From Amoebophrya sp. A120 (Eukaryota; Protista; Dinoflagellata), in NCBI GenBank assembly GCA_905178155.1, contig CAJINV010000001.1:4878747-4942746 (forward strand): a stretch of DNA of 64,000 nt, in the 5' to 3' direction. Below the pieces are notes generated by a model. It was not told where the DNA came from, made no database searches, and worked only from the letters and a program-made list of their open reading frames with translations. This document shows, in pieces, positions 1 through 12,500 of this stretch. Position numbers and translations under genes: made by a program. Within the stretch, counting starts at the first letter, position 1; each line of letters begins with the position of its first letter.

Positions 1-122
1 GCTCGCTTCCTCTGTGTTTTCCCTTTCTATCTGCGCATAACAAGTTTTTCCTGTCATAGCAGACAAACTTTCGTTGCAGTTTTCCCAAACGACTTACACT
101 AACACAGTTTTTTTCTTGGATA
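1..122. mobile_element. Partial introner, right end only (TATCCAAGAAAAAAACTGT-type TIR), cut by the window edge
   Basis: Ends ACAGTTTTTTTTCTTGGATA at 122, closely matching the right ends of 10255-10522 and 16599-16821. Confidence 0.65.
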
Positions 123-1653
123 ATCTCGGCGCTTGGGGTAATCCGGACAGCGACTAAATACAGACGAGGCCGCAATACTACATATAAGGACTTCGACGAC
201 TAATTGATATTGAAGATGATGCAACGTAACTACTAGAAATTTTTGAGATCATACTTCTACTGCAGGTTGAGCAGTTAGTTTCCAGGTGAGAATATGCGGT
301 TTTATTTTTCAAATCATACGATCGATAATTTAATCAACAACGCAAGAGCAGCAGGGCTCGCACCGAACCCGATGCGAACAGAGCAGGAAAGAAAGAGACA
401 TGCTGGGCCTCTCTTAGAACTAGATGACGGAGAGTAGACGTCAGACGATAGATAGAAAACTACTGGAACTACGCAGAAAAATATAATGAGCAGACGACAA
501 TGAAAAAAGAATAAACAAGCATCATGGTTGATGTGATCGATTGCGCTCGAATCGTCGCGCGATTGTTACTAATATTCCTGGTGTCCTCTTTGGCCAAGCA
601 ACAAGCAAGCGAGCACCGATAAGCGATAAAGCGTGTTCCTTCACGCGTCCTATCAGCAGTCCGAATATCATCGCTTCTTGCACAAAACCTATCAATGATC
701 CTCAGCGCGTATTCCTCATGCATCCGCCTTCCATGCGGAATTCACGTCCTCAGCGCGTATTACGACTGGACTTAACATCCCACGCGCTTTGCAAGTGCGA
801 ATTTTTTGGCTTATGTTTTACAGTGTGAAGAAGGGGGGTACCTGGGATCCGCTTCTTTTCCTGTTTGGTATCGGCCGCTGCTTACCGCCGGATCAGCGCA
901 TTGATACGAAACTCAAGAATATAGAGAAATAGATATGAATCTAAGAACAAACCAGGCTAAAATCGGTGAAGTGACTTTATCGATTTTAGCATAGTTGTCA
1001 ACTTTTTGCGTCTCAGAGCCACGTAATGCTAAGAGATCTTTTTCGCGCAGCGGCAGCCAATTTCTTTTTTTCATTCGCATTTGTGATTTTCTTTCCGCAT
1101 AGGGATAAGTCAAAAACAAATAAGGTGAAAAACATCCTCCAGAGCACACAGGTGAAAAAAGAGCCTTGACAGACCAACATTTGTACAAACGTAATGCTTG
1201 TCACAAAGGTGCTACTTCTGCTCTAGCAAGATGAAGAGAAATTCAATGTCTCAATATGTTCGTTTCCACTGCCAAGAATAATTATATTATAATTCTTTTT
1301 GGATGAGGCTTTTTGTTTTTTTGGGACTTGAGAGGCTCTCTTTGGGACTTGGTCGCCAGGCTCTCTTTTTTTCCCCTCGTGATTCGCAAAAAAGGACGGG
1401 TGGACCCCTTTCCGGGACTTGAAGTAGCCAGAATACCACCGGAGGAGCTCGGAAATTAAAGGAAAAGGCCCCCGCTTGATGCTGCTGTTTCTTCATGGAC
1501 CGGAAAAGGCAAGCGGCGAAAAATCTTCATGGACCGCGTCGGCGAAAAATCAGCTGCAACGCAAAACCCTGGGGGCTGGAGCGACGCACAACCTTACCAC
1601 TTGCCGCCCACACAACCACAACGCTTTTGGTTTCGCAGACGCATAGTGACTGC

Positions 1654-2854
1654 TTCAAACATGCATGGATAAGTTGGAGGGGGTTGGAGAATCTCTTTAA
1701 TTGACATACGCATCTGATCTCCGGCTATTGATTAGTCGCTCGGGCTCAGCGATGGGAGAGCGCGAGAATCGATCGGGCGAACGGGAACAGTTTTCGTCGT
1801 GCGCGCCCGCGTTGGGCGGCTGCGAAGCGGAAAGAATCCGCGTGAGGCTATCCCACCGAGGCCCGAGCGAGGATTCTCCCAACGCTGCCAAGTCCTTGTG
1901 AGGGCAGAGGGCTGCGTGCGTGAAAAGGTCCCGGGCGCGTTGCCATTGACCCGCGCGAGCAAACTCGCACGAAGAAGTGCGAGGCTGTATCTAATGTGAA
2001 AACGACAGGCCACAAACCTGCTCACTCAGAGTCATCATCTGAAGAGCCAAGGACGTCCCTGGCCTTCCCCTTGGCCTGCTCAAGGATCCCAGCCTTGAAA
2101 ATCTCCTCGCGGCCCAGGTATTCTCTGAGTGCCTTGCTACTCCACTCCCCCGCGACTAAAATGTCGCGAAGGTTGCCGCCGCTCGCGACAATGCTCTGCG
2201 CGGCACCCCGCCGCAGTGATTGCGTGCCAAAGTTTGCCGGGGCCGCCTCGGCCCGGCCGGCTTCCTTCATCTTGTCGAGGATGAACTTGTAGGTGATCGA
2301 TGGGAAGAGGGCCTCCCCATGCTTCTTCGACCGAACGAAGGCCCCGACCACATGCACAGGCTGGGGCCGTCCGTCGGCAAGCCTCTCCGCAACGGCAGTG
2401 CCTCGTCTTTCAAGCGCAGCAGAAAGATGAAGCAGGTCGCCAAGATGATCTGCAGCTCTCTGCAGTCATTACTCTCGATCATGCGCGAGAGGGTGGCCGG
2501 CATCACTGCGTCCTTCTTGCGGGACGGGGCCTGCTTACGTCTAATCCCGGTGTAGATGTCGCGAAACTCATCACCGGGAAAGTCGGCGGGCAAGCCCAAA
2601 AACTTGGGCGCCTTTGTGATCGCGGACTTGTATGAGCGCGCGGTCTGCTCGTTCTGCGCGAGTGCCACGAACTCCTGGAGGTCAATGGACTTGACCGGAA
2701 AATGCGGAATCCCCTTGGAGTCGCAAAACCGCCCCCAGGCCAAAAGCGGGGACTTGTAGGTGTTCCAACTTGAAGCACGCATGCTCGACCCTTTCACCGC
2801 GCGGAGGTTCAAACATGCATGGATAAGTTGGAGGGGGTTGGAGAATCTCTTTAA
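1654..2854. repeat. Perfect 47-bp direct repeat (1654-1700 and 2808-2854) bracketing a ~1.1-kb GC-rich insert
   Basis: TTCAAACATGCATGGATAAGTTGGAGGGGGTTGGAGAATCTCTTTAA is identical at both positions. Confidence 0.95.
2022..2812 (-). pseudogene. Tyrosine recombinase, DIRS/Ngaro-retroelement-like; frameshifted and probably 5'-truncated
   Basis: Two overlapping ORFs (2267-2812, 2022-2357). N-terminal helical part NTYKSPLLAWGRFC, first catalytic Arg in FIFLLR, TQSLRRGAA (HxxR with H replaced by Q), GEWSS and REY (catalytic Tyr). The frame changes near 2357-2385. Confidence 0.8.
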
Positions 2855-3529
2855 GTTCCAAAAAGAGCTTCTATCTAAGTTCCAAAAAGAGCCTCAGTCA
2901 CGTGTCTGAAAAAAAGCCGCAGCCATTCCATTTACTATCAAACGGAATTTGGAAAGTGTCAATGCATGAAAAAACTATAAATGACAATCCGTACTATACA
3001 CTAAGAAACACTTTAGACAGTTTTTTTTTCTCGGGGGTGTACTTTCTTTCGAGGAATGTTTTAGTTTTTCGTTCGTATTTTTTTTTGCTGCTGAAAATCA
3101 ATCTAGCCCTAGCGCTTAAAGCTTGCCACCCTGTTAAGAAACTCGCTGTGTAAGTGTAAAATAGGAAGCGGGTAAGTAGCATGGACGTAGGCAAAATTGA
3201 CGACGACGCGCAGCGGATTAGGTGGCAACATTTTCGACTCACTGCATTAGCTTCCAAGAGGAACCAGAAGTTGCCCGCGTTTTGCTGCACTTTCCTGAAG
3301 GTACTTACGTTTTCTGCACTGGATTGCATTGAGAGCTGCTGAAAATCAAAATAGTGTGAGTATGAGTATTTTTACAGGAAACTTGGTTCCGTGAAAAAAT
3401 TACAAGCCTCTTAATAATCGATGTAATGTTGTCATCTGATCTCTTTTATTTCATTCTGCAAACCACAATAATCGCCAACAGCATTAGCAGTCGCAGCTAC
3501 GAGGAAGGGTGACCACCGCGAGCTTGCCC

Positions 3530-6500
3530 ATGACGTTGGAGAGAAAAGGCCCGGCAGAACCAGGAAACACTTCCTCAGCTGCAACCAGTCCTCAGGAGCA
3601 TGATTTTGCTTATGAATTCAACATTTCTTTTTGTTCATCATCTTCTAGGACTTACATAACAGCAATATGCGGGAGACTTTTTTCCGGCCACCTTGAGAAG
3701 CGCACACGCAATTCTTTTTCTTCATCATCAATGGCAAAAGCGATGAAGCTCGGAGAACCATCTTCACGACGTCCTCAATGCCGCCGCAGTGCTGGCTCTA
3801 AAGCGAACATTCAAAGAACAACGCCTCCGAAAGGAATGAAGTGCAGTGAAAATCGCAACACGTACCTGCGCCGCTTATCGACAGGTCCCCGCTATTCATT
3901 GCAAATATGTCAGGGTTTGGCGCATTACACAGCTTGAGATGCTGCCTTTGGATAATTCTACGAAAAATTGTAATGCATGCGCAGCAAGTGCAAGAGGAGT
4001 CCTGTCCAGCTTTTGCCACGCGGAAGGGGCTTTTGTCATGCGGTAGGGGCACCACGACCACCAGGAAACCCTCACAGAATCTGTGTTGCTAGCGCATGCG
4101 TCCCAGACTCAGACATCATGTAAAATGTGCATGAGAGAGACTCAGACTCATGCAGCGTGGATCGATGCAGAGGGGGACCTGCTCCGGCGACAGGCGCTAT
4201 CCAACCAACCAGCCAAGTTTTGCAATCTTCCAGACCCAAACATGTTTGCAAATGATACCTGTGGTGCAGTGAAACGACAGCACGACCTGCAACATCACCA
4301 CAGATCTACTAGTAGTAAGACCCCTTCGGCTACTAGTTCTGCTTGTGGCGCCCCGTCTCCAACAAGACTGTTTGCGCTCTCCAGCATCTTGAAAGTTGTT
4401 CTGTTTGCGCACCAACTCGTCCTTTTATTCGCGGCTGGCGCAGGAAGCGGCAGCTCCGGAGGAACAAGTCCGCCCTTGTCCAAAATTCCGAGCTTTCTGG
4501 GAAAGAAGCGGAGCAGCACTAAGCAGAGTGATGCGGAAGAAGATGGAGCTACTACTTCTATGCATTGCAAATATGTCTGGGTCTGGAATATTGCAGCTTG
4601 TCATACTAAGTCTGGATCATGCGAAAATCTGTGTTGTATGATTATCAAAAGTTGTAGTTGTCCAGTTTTGATCAGGTTGGGAGGGCGTTTCTCATGCAGG
4701 ATAGGCATGACGTTGATAGAGAAAGAGATCTCACAGCACTTATCATCCTAGGTGCTGCATTCCAGATCTTATCTTATGGGTCATGGAAAACCGGCATGAC
4801 AGATCTTGCATTCTTCCGGATCGAGACAAATTTGCATTTGATAACTTCTTCTGGGACGATGGAGGGGGTCTCCGGCTCCGGCTCCTCCTCTTCCCAAACC
4901 GCCGTCTCTCCCCTCACAGACGCCCCATTGAATGAGTACGGGCATCCGCAGGTCTCGGGAATGGACGTTGACGAGCAAGAGTTCACCTACGGTGTGGAAA
5001 TCCCTAGCACCGAACCCGGCCGCCTGCAGTACCTCCGCAGCATGATGCTGGATGACTTACCGGACCAAGAGATCGAAGAGATCACCAAGGTGTGTCAGGA
5101 AATTTTTCGCGTTCCCATGGTACTGGTCAGCATTGTCGAATCGGAGCGGCAGTGGTTCAAATCAGCTATCGGATTCGGATGCAGCGACACCGCACGGGAG
5201 GTTATTACAATGAAAAATGCCCCCACCCCCGAACTTGGGAGCATTTGTATTGCAAACCTTTCCAAATGAAACACTCCCACTCGCCCTCTTGCATCCATCA
5301 GCATCGCAGGTTTCCAATCATGAATAGCAAAAATTTGTATTGCAAAAGACCCCAGTCCCAGCAAGAGCGGCGCTTGTCATGCAAGCGATGCGATACACGC
5401 CTAGACTCTGCATCAGAAAGATAAAGACTCACACTCCTTTCACGCATGACAAAAAGTTTTTATTTGAAAACTTCGCATCACAAATTTTTGAGATGTCGGC
5501 GCCGTTGTTTTAGCATCACAAATTTTTGAGATGCTCGCGATGTTTTTCGCGGTTCTGACCCTATGCCGTTCCAGCGCCTGCGGAGGCTTGCCTCCCCAGC
5601 GATGATGGACAATGGCAATGTCGGCGCGGTTGTTTTAGCGTCACAAATTTTTGCAGTTTCAGAGGTGGGGGGCATTTTTCACTGTAATAGAGGTGTCATT
5701 TTGCGCACACAGTTTGCTGATGGATTGTCCGGAGATTCTCTACGTCCCGGACGCGACGCAGGACCTATCAAATGCAAAAATGTCTGGGTCTGGATGAGTG
5801 GAACTTGTAATGCTGTCTGCGGATTCTAAAAATATCTGTGTTGCATGAGCAACAAGAGGAGTCAGCTCTTGGCACGCGGAGAGGGCATTTGTCATGCGTA
5901 ATTAGAATCAAGATAGAAGAAAATCTGTGATGCTAGCACCAGCATCACAGACCTGACGGGTCATGCAAAATGTGCATGACAAGCCCCGACTCTTCCAGAC
6001 CCAGACATATTTGCAATCCATAGGACCGGCGTTTTATGTACAACTCCCTGGTGCGTAACGACCCGAAGCTGAGGTTCTATTGCGGTTGCCCCATTATCGT
6101 TGAGGGCGTCCGCCTGGGGGCGTTGTGCATTCTGGACACCATCCCCCGCGTGGACATGACGCAGGAAAAAGCCATGCTCCTGTGCAACTTCGCCGACATC
6201 GTTTCCGCGGCGCTCGCACGCACGAAGAACCGCAGCGAGCACTTTGACATGCTACACAATAGTTGCTTTCTACTGGACTTAGAGCGGGAGCCCGAGCACG
6301 AAATCAAACGGAAGTTGATCATACGCGAAGAGCCGACGCTGAGCCAAAATAGCAACAACGAGAAGGTGGACATAGCCGACCTTTCCAGCGGCGCGCCTCG
6401 GTCCTCGCCGCCCTGGCAGCAGAGCAGCGAACTGCGCGAGAACCCGACTATCGTAGAGAAGTGCAAACGCAACGAAGACGGTGAGATGGTTTGCGCCGAC

Positions 6501-9500
6501 GACGCAGGGAGCGACGGTGAAGGCAAGACGTTTGGTCGCATCTTGTACTCGAACCGGCTGGGAAAACAGCTGGTTGCAGCCTTGACGCCGACAAATGAGG
6601 CGGAGGGCAGCGGAGCCCGGGCAGCAGGTCGGTCCAAGGCAGGCTCGGCCTCGGCGACGTTGCCGGGCGGGGAGCCAATCTGTGGAGCGCCGTTCTCCTG
6701 CTGGATTCCTCCGGGGAGTGCGCATAACAGGCAAGACGAAGAGGTGCATCACTTCTCCGATTTGGTGCACGTTACCGACCACCGAGCGGTCCGCGATGCA
6801 ATCTTCAGCAGGGCGGCGATGCGCAGGTCGTCGGCTGCCAGCGTGGTGGTGTTTCCGGGGACGCGCCGGAATCCCGAGCGCGCTGGCACCGTCTGCTACT
6901 GGCATCCCGCTGCGTTCCAAGCCCGCCCGCACAAGTTCGGCGACAACATGCAAACCGTAGTTTCCTACCCCTACGTGGACACAAACGAGAATGCGGCGCC
7001 GAGACCAAAAGGGAACGAACAAAGCGAAAGCGAGAGCTCTGCGCATCAAGATGACACAGGAACTGCTTCTACTTCCGCGAACAAACAAGACACGTTGAAG
7101 AAAATGGGATCTAGTGTCCCAACTGAATTTGGCAAGAATGGCGAAAAAGTAAGAGGGTTTGTAGTGATAAAGGACTACGACCCCAACAACGATCCCAGCC
7201 TTAGCTTCGAGCGGGCACGACGCAAATATGAAGAAAACGAACAAGAGGCGAGACCACTGTTTCCAGGTGCAGGGCCCAACATCACGCCAATCAGGACCCG
7301 CGGGGACCTGGACTGGTTCCTGAACATTAAGCACAAGGAGAAACGCAAGACCAGTCACAGAGGGCGCAAAAGAGGCAAGCCCGCCCACGATCTTACTGTG
7401 ATAGAAGACTTGGATGCCTCTCCTGAGCAACAACCAAGCGTGGTGGACGACAGATTCTCCATTGCCCCGATAATCAAGGACGGAGATGCCGGCGACCTAT
7501 TGGGGACGGAGAACGCAGAGGTGCGGCGCGAAGCTGGGACTAGTTCTACGACGGAGAGAAACAACGCTACTCCTCTTCTTGATGCCTCGAAAATGGTGAA
7601 GGGCAAGGGGGTTTTGCGGGAACAAAAGGAAAACCGAACGAAAGACGAGCACCTGGCGGAGGGCGAGAAGCCGATACTGTATGTGCTGCTGGTGTCCAGC
7701 AAATTCTGCCAGGCCTGCACGCTGTTTCGCGAATTCTACTGCACCGCGAGCGTGCCGTACAACAGCCACCGCGTCAGCTTCGCGGAAGTGGACGTGGGCC
7801 CTTCCTACGGCCTGGCGCCCTCCCTAGTCGGAGGAAAACCACTTGTGCTTCCGATGCTGCTGTACTTCGACCGGCACGGTACTCTGCTGGGGGATCATCG
7901 GAGCAGGCACCTCGACGTCACCACTGCCTCGGAATTCCGGGGCCAGTTGTCGGACCACATCCAGGATGCCGAAGAACGGGAGACCTTCGAGAAGGAGCAG
8001 GAGGCCAATGGCAAGTTGCCCCCCCGAAAGGTGGTGCCCGACAGCGACGAGTCAGATGACGAGGACGAGGACGACGAATCGGCTCGCTTCTACGCATTGC
8101 AAACATGGCTGGGTCTGGAGACATGCAAATTTGATGTGATCCGCCCTGCGCGTCACACAAAAATCTGTCGTGCATCACTGCCAAAAGATGCTTCGCTTGC
8201 CCACTTTGTTTTGGTCGATTTGAGGCAACGTCTCTCATGCCGGATAGGCATTGTAATTGTAAAGGTTTCCATTGCGCGAAGAGTCTGGTGTAATGCTGCG
8301 CCCTGCATTTATTTTCCAGACCTCAAAGGGCATGCTGGAAAAGCTGCATGAGCATGACAAACATCTACACTCATCCAGACCTCCCAGATATGTTTTGCAT
8401 TTGATAGCTTCGAAAGGGAAAGCCAGGGCCTGAGTGGACCCCCCGGCAACGCAGGGGCACGAGGGCCGACGCCGAGCGGAGGTCTCTGGCGGGCCACTCG
8501 CCCTACACCTGCGAGACAGGCTTTTTTGGGTCCGAGCGAGGAACTACAGCAGCCAGGACGTACAGAGGACACTGGCACTGCAACAAGTGAACCACGGGGC
8601 CAGCAACTGGGCCTGCGAGAGGCCGTTGCTCATGGAGAACCTCCTCCCCTGGCTACTTCGGGGGTTCCGAGCAGTTCCTCCTCATCTACGGTTAACAGCA
8701 AAAATAGTGTGGGTGCAGCGACTGGCACCGGCTCCACTGCGTCCGGCACAAATTATGTTCGACCTCCACAAGGTCAAGGTGCTGCAGGGACAGCAGGACG
8801 AGCAGCAGCTGCAGGAGGAACAATGCAGCTCCCTAGTATAATAAGTCCGTCCAGCCAGACAACTCCGTCTCCGACATCACAGCCGGACGAGAACCGCACG
8901 ACAACAAAACCCGAAAAGAAAACCCTGTCTGGAGCCTTCCTTCGCAGCATCACCTCCTTGGTTCCCGCCCGGATCATGCGACATTCGTCCACCTCGTCCG
9001 TTCGGGGAACACCGCGGACGTCCTCCCATCCAAGGCTCTTCCTCTCGCGATCCTCGTCTGATACTTTACTGAAAAATGGCCCGCCCCCAGAAAAGCGAGC
9101 GGTTTGCACTGCAAGAAAGCTTGTTCTACGATGCACAGTAGTAGTGGGTTTGGTCAGTGGAGAATTCAGCCGCATGAAGATACACACAAAATAATATATT
9201 TAGCGTATATTTATAACTCAGAGCCAGCTGGTCCTCGCGGTCGCGCAGCATGAAGTCAGACGTACTCAGCAGCAGCGATACAGCTTTGCGCTTCTCTGGG
9301 TCGAGAATTTGTGCTGCGGATATGTACTCGCGCAATCACAATTGTTTCCACATCCACTTCGAATCTTCAGCTGCGAACGTTACAGTACTTAATAGCCCTG
9401 ACTTTGTTTTTCTGGTGGGGCGGCATGTTTTGCCTTGATGTCAGGACGAGAAGAGAGTTGCGGGTCCGGTCCCGGTATGGTGGGCGGCAAGAAACCGTGT

Positions 9501-12500
9501 CGCGATAAGAAAAGTTCAGGATATGCTTCTAAGTCCGCGAACACGGGAAAGGGCTGCTCTACTGTGCTGTCGGGGACCTCGCCCAAGAAAGCCTGCCAGT
9601 TTACAAAATTCATTGCGCGGATAGACGCTTGTGACGAAGCCAACGCGTGCCAAACCATGACTACAATCCACCGGTTGCGAGCCGAGGACCGCGAGACGGC
9701 TGCACAGTTTCTCGAAAGGCAGGTCGAGCAAAGGCTGCTCCAGTCGAAAAAGCGGAGCACGGACGGGCCGGTCTCCGCAAGAGTCTTTTTGGAGCAGGAC
9801 CTGGAGTCCTTTCGCATCGACGAGAACGGCGAGAGGCACGTGCGGACTGTTCTAGCCTGCCCAGCCCAAGCGTGTCCCGAGGGCAAAATGGAGGTAGACG
9901 AGGGCGCGGGAACAAACACGCGCAGGCTCATGTTCATCTCTCCGGGCTGCACAACGGACGTTCCCGAAGCCGGGCCCGCCGACACGCTCTCTCTGCGGAG
10001 AGAAACCTGGGCCAACTGCGTGCATGTTCTGTTTGCCGAAAATGTCTACCGCAAAGCTCTCCAGCTGCTGCTGACGTCATTCGATCACGATTCGTTGCGC
10101 AAAAATGCACTTTCGGCCGTCGACAAGCGGCAGATATTGATGGCGAAAGTGCAGTTGCTGGAACGTCAGTGCCGCAACAAGGGCGCGGACAAAAAGAAGG
10201 GGAAGTGTGGAAACAAAAGGAAAACAAACAAAAAGGGTTGCACGGTGACGCTTGTATCCAAGAAAAAAACTGTGCGAGTGTGGCTGTCTAGTTGGTAGCA
10301 GAATGTTGACAAATTTGTTCTGCATGTCAGAGAAATCATCTTGTCATGTGCAGCGAGTTCCAGTTCGTGAAATAAACAGAATACATGTATGAAGCTGGGA
10401 GATCATGCATGGCTAGCCAGCTTCACAACTTCAACTGTACTAAAAGTAGCTGTGTTGCATGCAGCTTGACATTTTGACAAACTTTTACAGATATTACAGT
10501 TAGACAGTTTTTTTCTTGCATAGCTTGCCCGCAACTTTGAAAACAACACCGATGACGGGGACGTCGACTTTCATATCCTGTGTAAAAGCGTTGACGTCCC
10601 CAGAGCTGTCAGAAAGTACATAAAAGAACACCCGACCAGAGTTCTCTTCATGCAGATCTGCAATTTTATTTTTACAGGAACGCCCGTTGTAATGCTAATG
10701 CGCATCCCTCTACACTACTAGTACTATTAGAGGAACTTTCAATCGTGTTTTGGCATTTATTGTAATGAGCAGGGTATCTAATTTTTAAGGCAATGAATTT
10801 TTGAAGGTGCAGCTATCCTTGCTAAACTGCACTAAAATACAGAGACGAGCCAACATGATTTCCTCCAAAACTTTTTCTTTTGAGCTTGTGCTGCTAAGTT
10901 GTTTCCACCTTGTTGACTCCGGGGCGGACACTTTTTTGCTCAGGATACGTCCGGAAACAGATGGCGCGGAGGAGAAAAAGAAAAAGGAGAAGAAGCCGCC
11001 CTACGCGTTTAGCGGAACCATCCGTCGCACCCTGGAAACGCAAATCAAAGACAGTCAGATTCACGTCTATGGCGGCAACCGGTCCTCCGTCCTGGCGTCG
11101 CAGATGCGCGACCGCGGCTTGGATGCTCGGCAGGCAAAGACTCGCCGCGTGTACGCAGATCAGCTATTGCGCGACATCTGGCCGGGCCTGAATGCGAACC
11201 ACGACCCGGAAGTGCCAGGGGAGACATCACCGGACGCCGACGGTAGTACCGGGGCGCGAGCACGCTGCTGCCCGGGCGGAGCTGCTTCCAGCAGCGACCG
11301 CTTCAAGCCAGCCACGTTGAGTTCGGAACAGGAGGAACAAAAGAAAGCCTTGCTATATCCTACAGAAAAAAGTTCCCCGCAGGGCATTTTTTAATTTGGA
11401 TCGATAAATGCAAAAATAGACAACTGCCATGTTGGACGAGCCTCTCACATGCTGCTTGAGACATCATGTCAGCGTCGACTATTTCTATTTCATTTTGCTG
11501 CGTTCCAAACATGCCCGGCGCCGGCCACCTTTTTGCTGTCTGATATTCTGAAGGAAAAGTCCATGGTGCTGCCCGTCATGCTATCCTGTGTAAAAACGTC
11601 CCCGCCCCGGAGATGTTATGCTTAGTTTGCAAATCTGCAATCCTGAAAGAGTAAAAAATGTTTATCGTACGCTTCGGCTTCCTCACCCACCCCCGGGAAG
11701 GGAATCCTTGGGCTGTGGCGCGGGGGTGATGGTGTCCACTACGAGATGATGATGCGTAGCCCCATTAGCAGGGCTTTCCAATGCTCTCCGGGGGGTTGTC
11801 ATGCTGGAAATGGAATCAGGATAAGACGCTGGATTTGTGATTTAGTGGCTTCACAGGCTGACGTGACCGGAATTATACTACGAGCCCAAACTTTAACTTG
11901 TCATACCGAGACGTCCTGCCCGTAGATCAGCGATGTCATGCGAAACACACAGAGCATGTTTTTGTTGGAGTGTAGAGAATAATCAAAATGCACAGCTTGA
12001 CTCTGGGCTGGGGGCGTTGTTCCTGAGGATAGATGCATCCGGATGGGCGATGCGGACGCCCCATAGCCATCATCGATGTTGTCGAAAAACGCCGCACTGT
12101 AGTCTGCCAAGTCGAGTGGTTCGTTCGCATCTGCGACCACATCGGGAAGTCGAAAAGCTCGATGTACGTGATGCTGTGTGAGCACCGGCACACCACTGAC
12201 CTGGCGAACCTGATTATCCAAGCAAAAAAATGTGTACTTAAGTGTGAATCTATGATGCGATGAATAGATGACATGCAATGCAAATAAGTATTTTCTTGAC
12301 GGCACTTGCCCTGCCAGACAGTCACGGAGCCCCCTTCTCATTATGCAATTTTCGCACGTATTCCCTAGGTATGACAGCAGGGCAGGATTTGTCTGCCATG
12401 TTACCACCTCAACAAGAAAGCGTGCACTATCTAACCAACGCAGCTGTTTATTTTTTTCTGGATACTCGTCGGGGAAATCTTGAGCTGGGAACGCGAGATC

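Noticed and set aside
699-761. 15-bp direct repeat TCCTCAGCGCGTATT with a 33-bp spacer
   Set aside because: Only two copies; a local duplication, not a CRISPR array.
1871-1883. Partial inverted match to the 47-bp DR, resembling a DIRS internal complementary region
   Set aside because: Too short and gapped to distinguish from chance.
3087-3349. 15-bp direct repeat GCTGCTGAAAATCAA around 233 bp
   Set aside because: Could be a small insertion, but there are no TIRs, ORF or second copy to support it.
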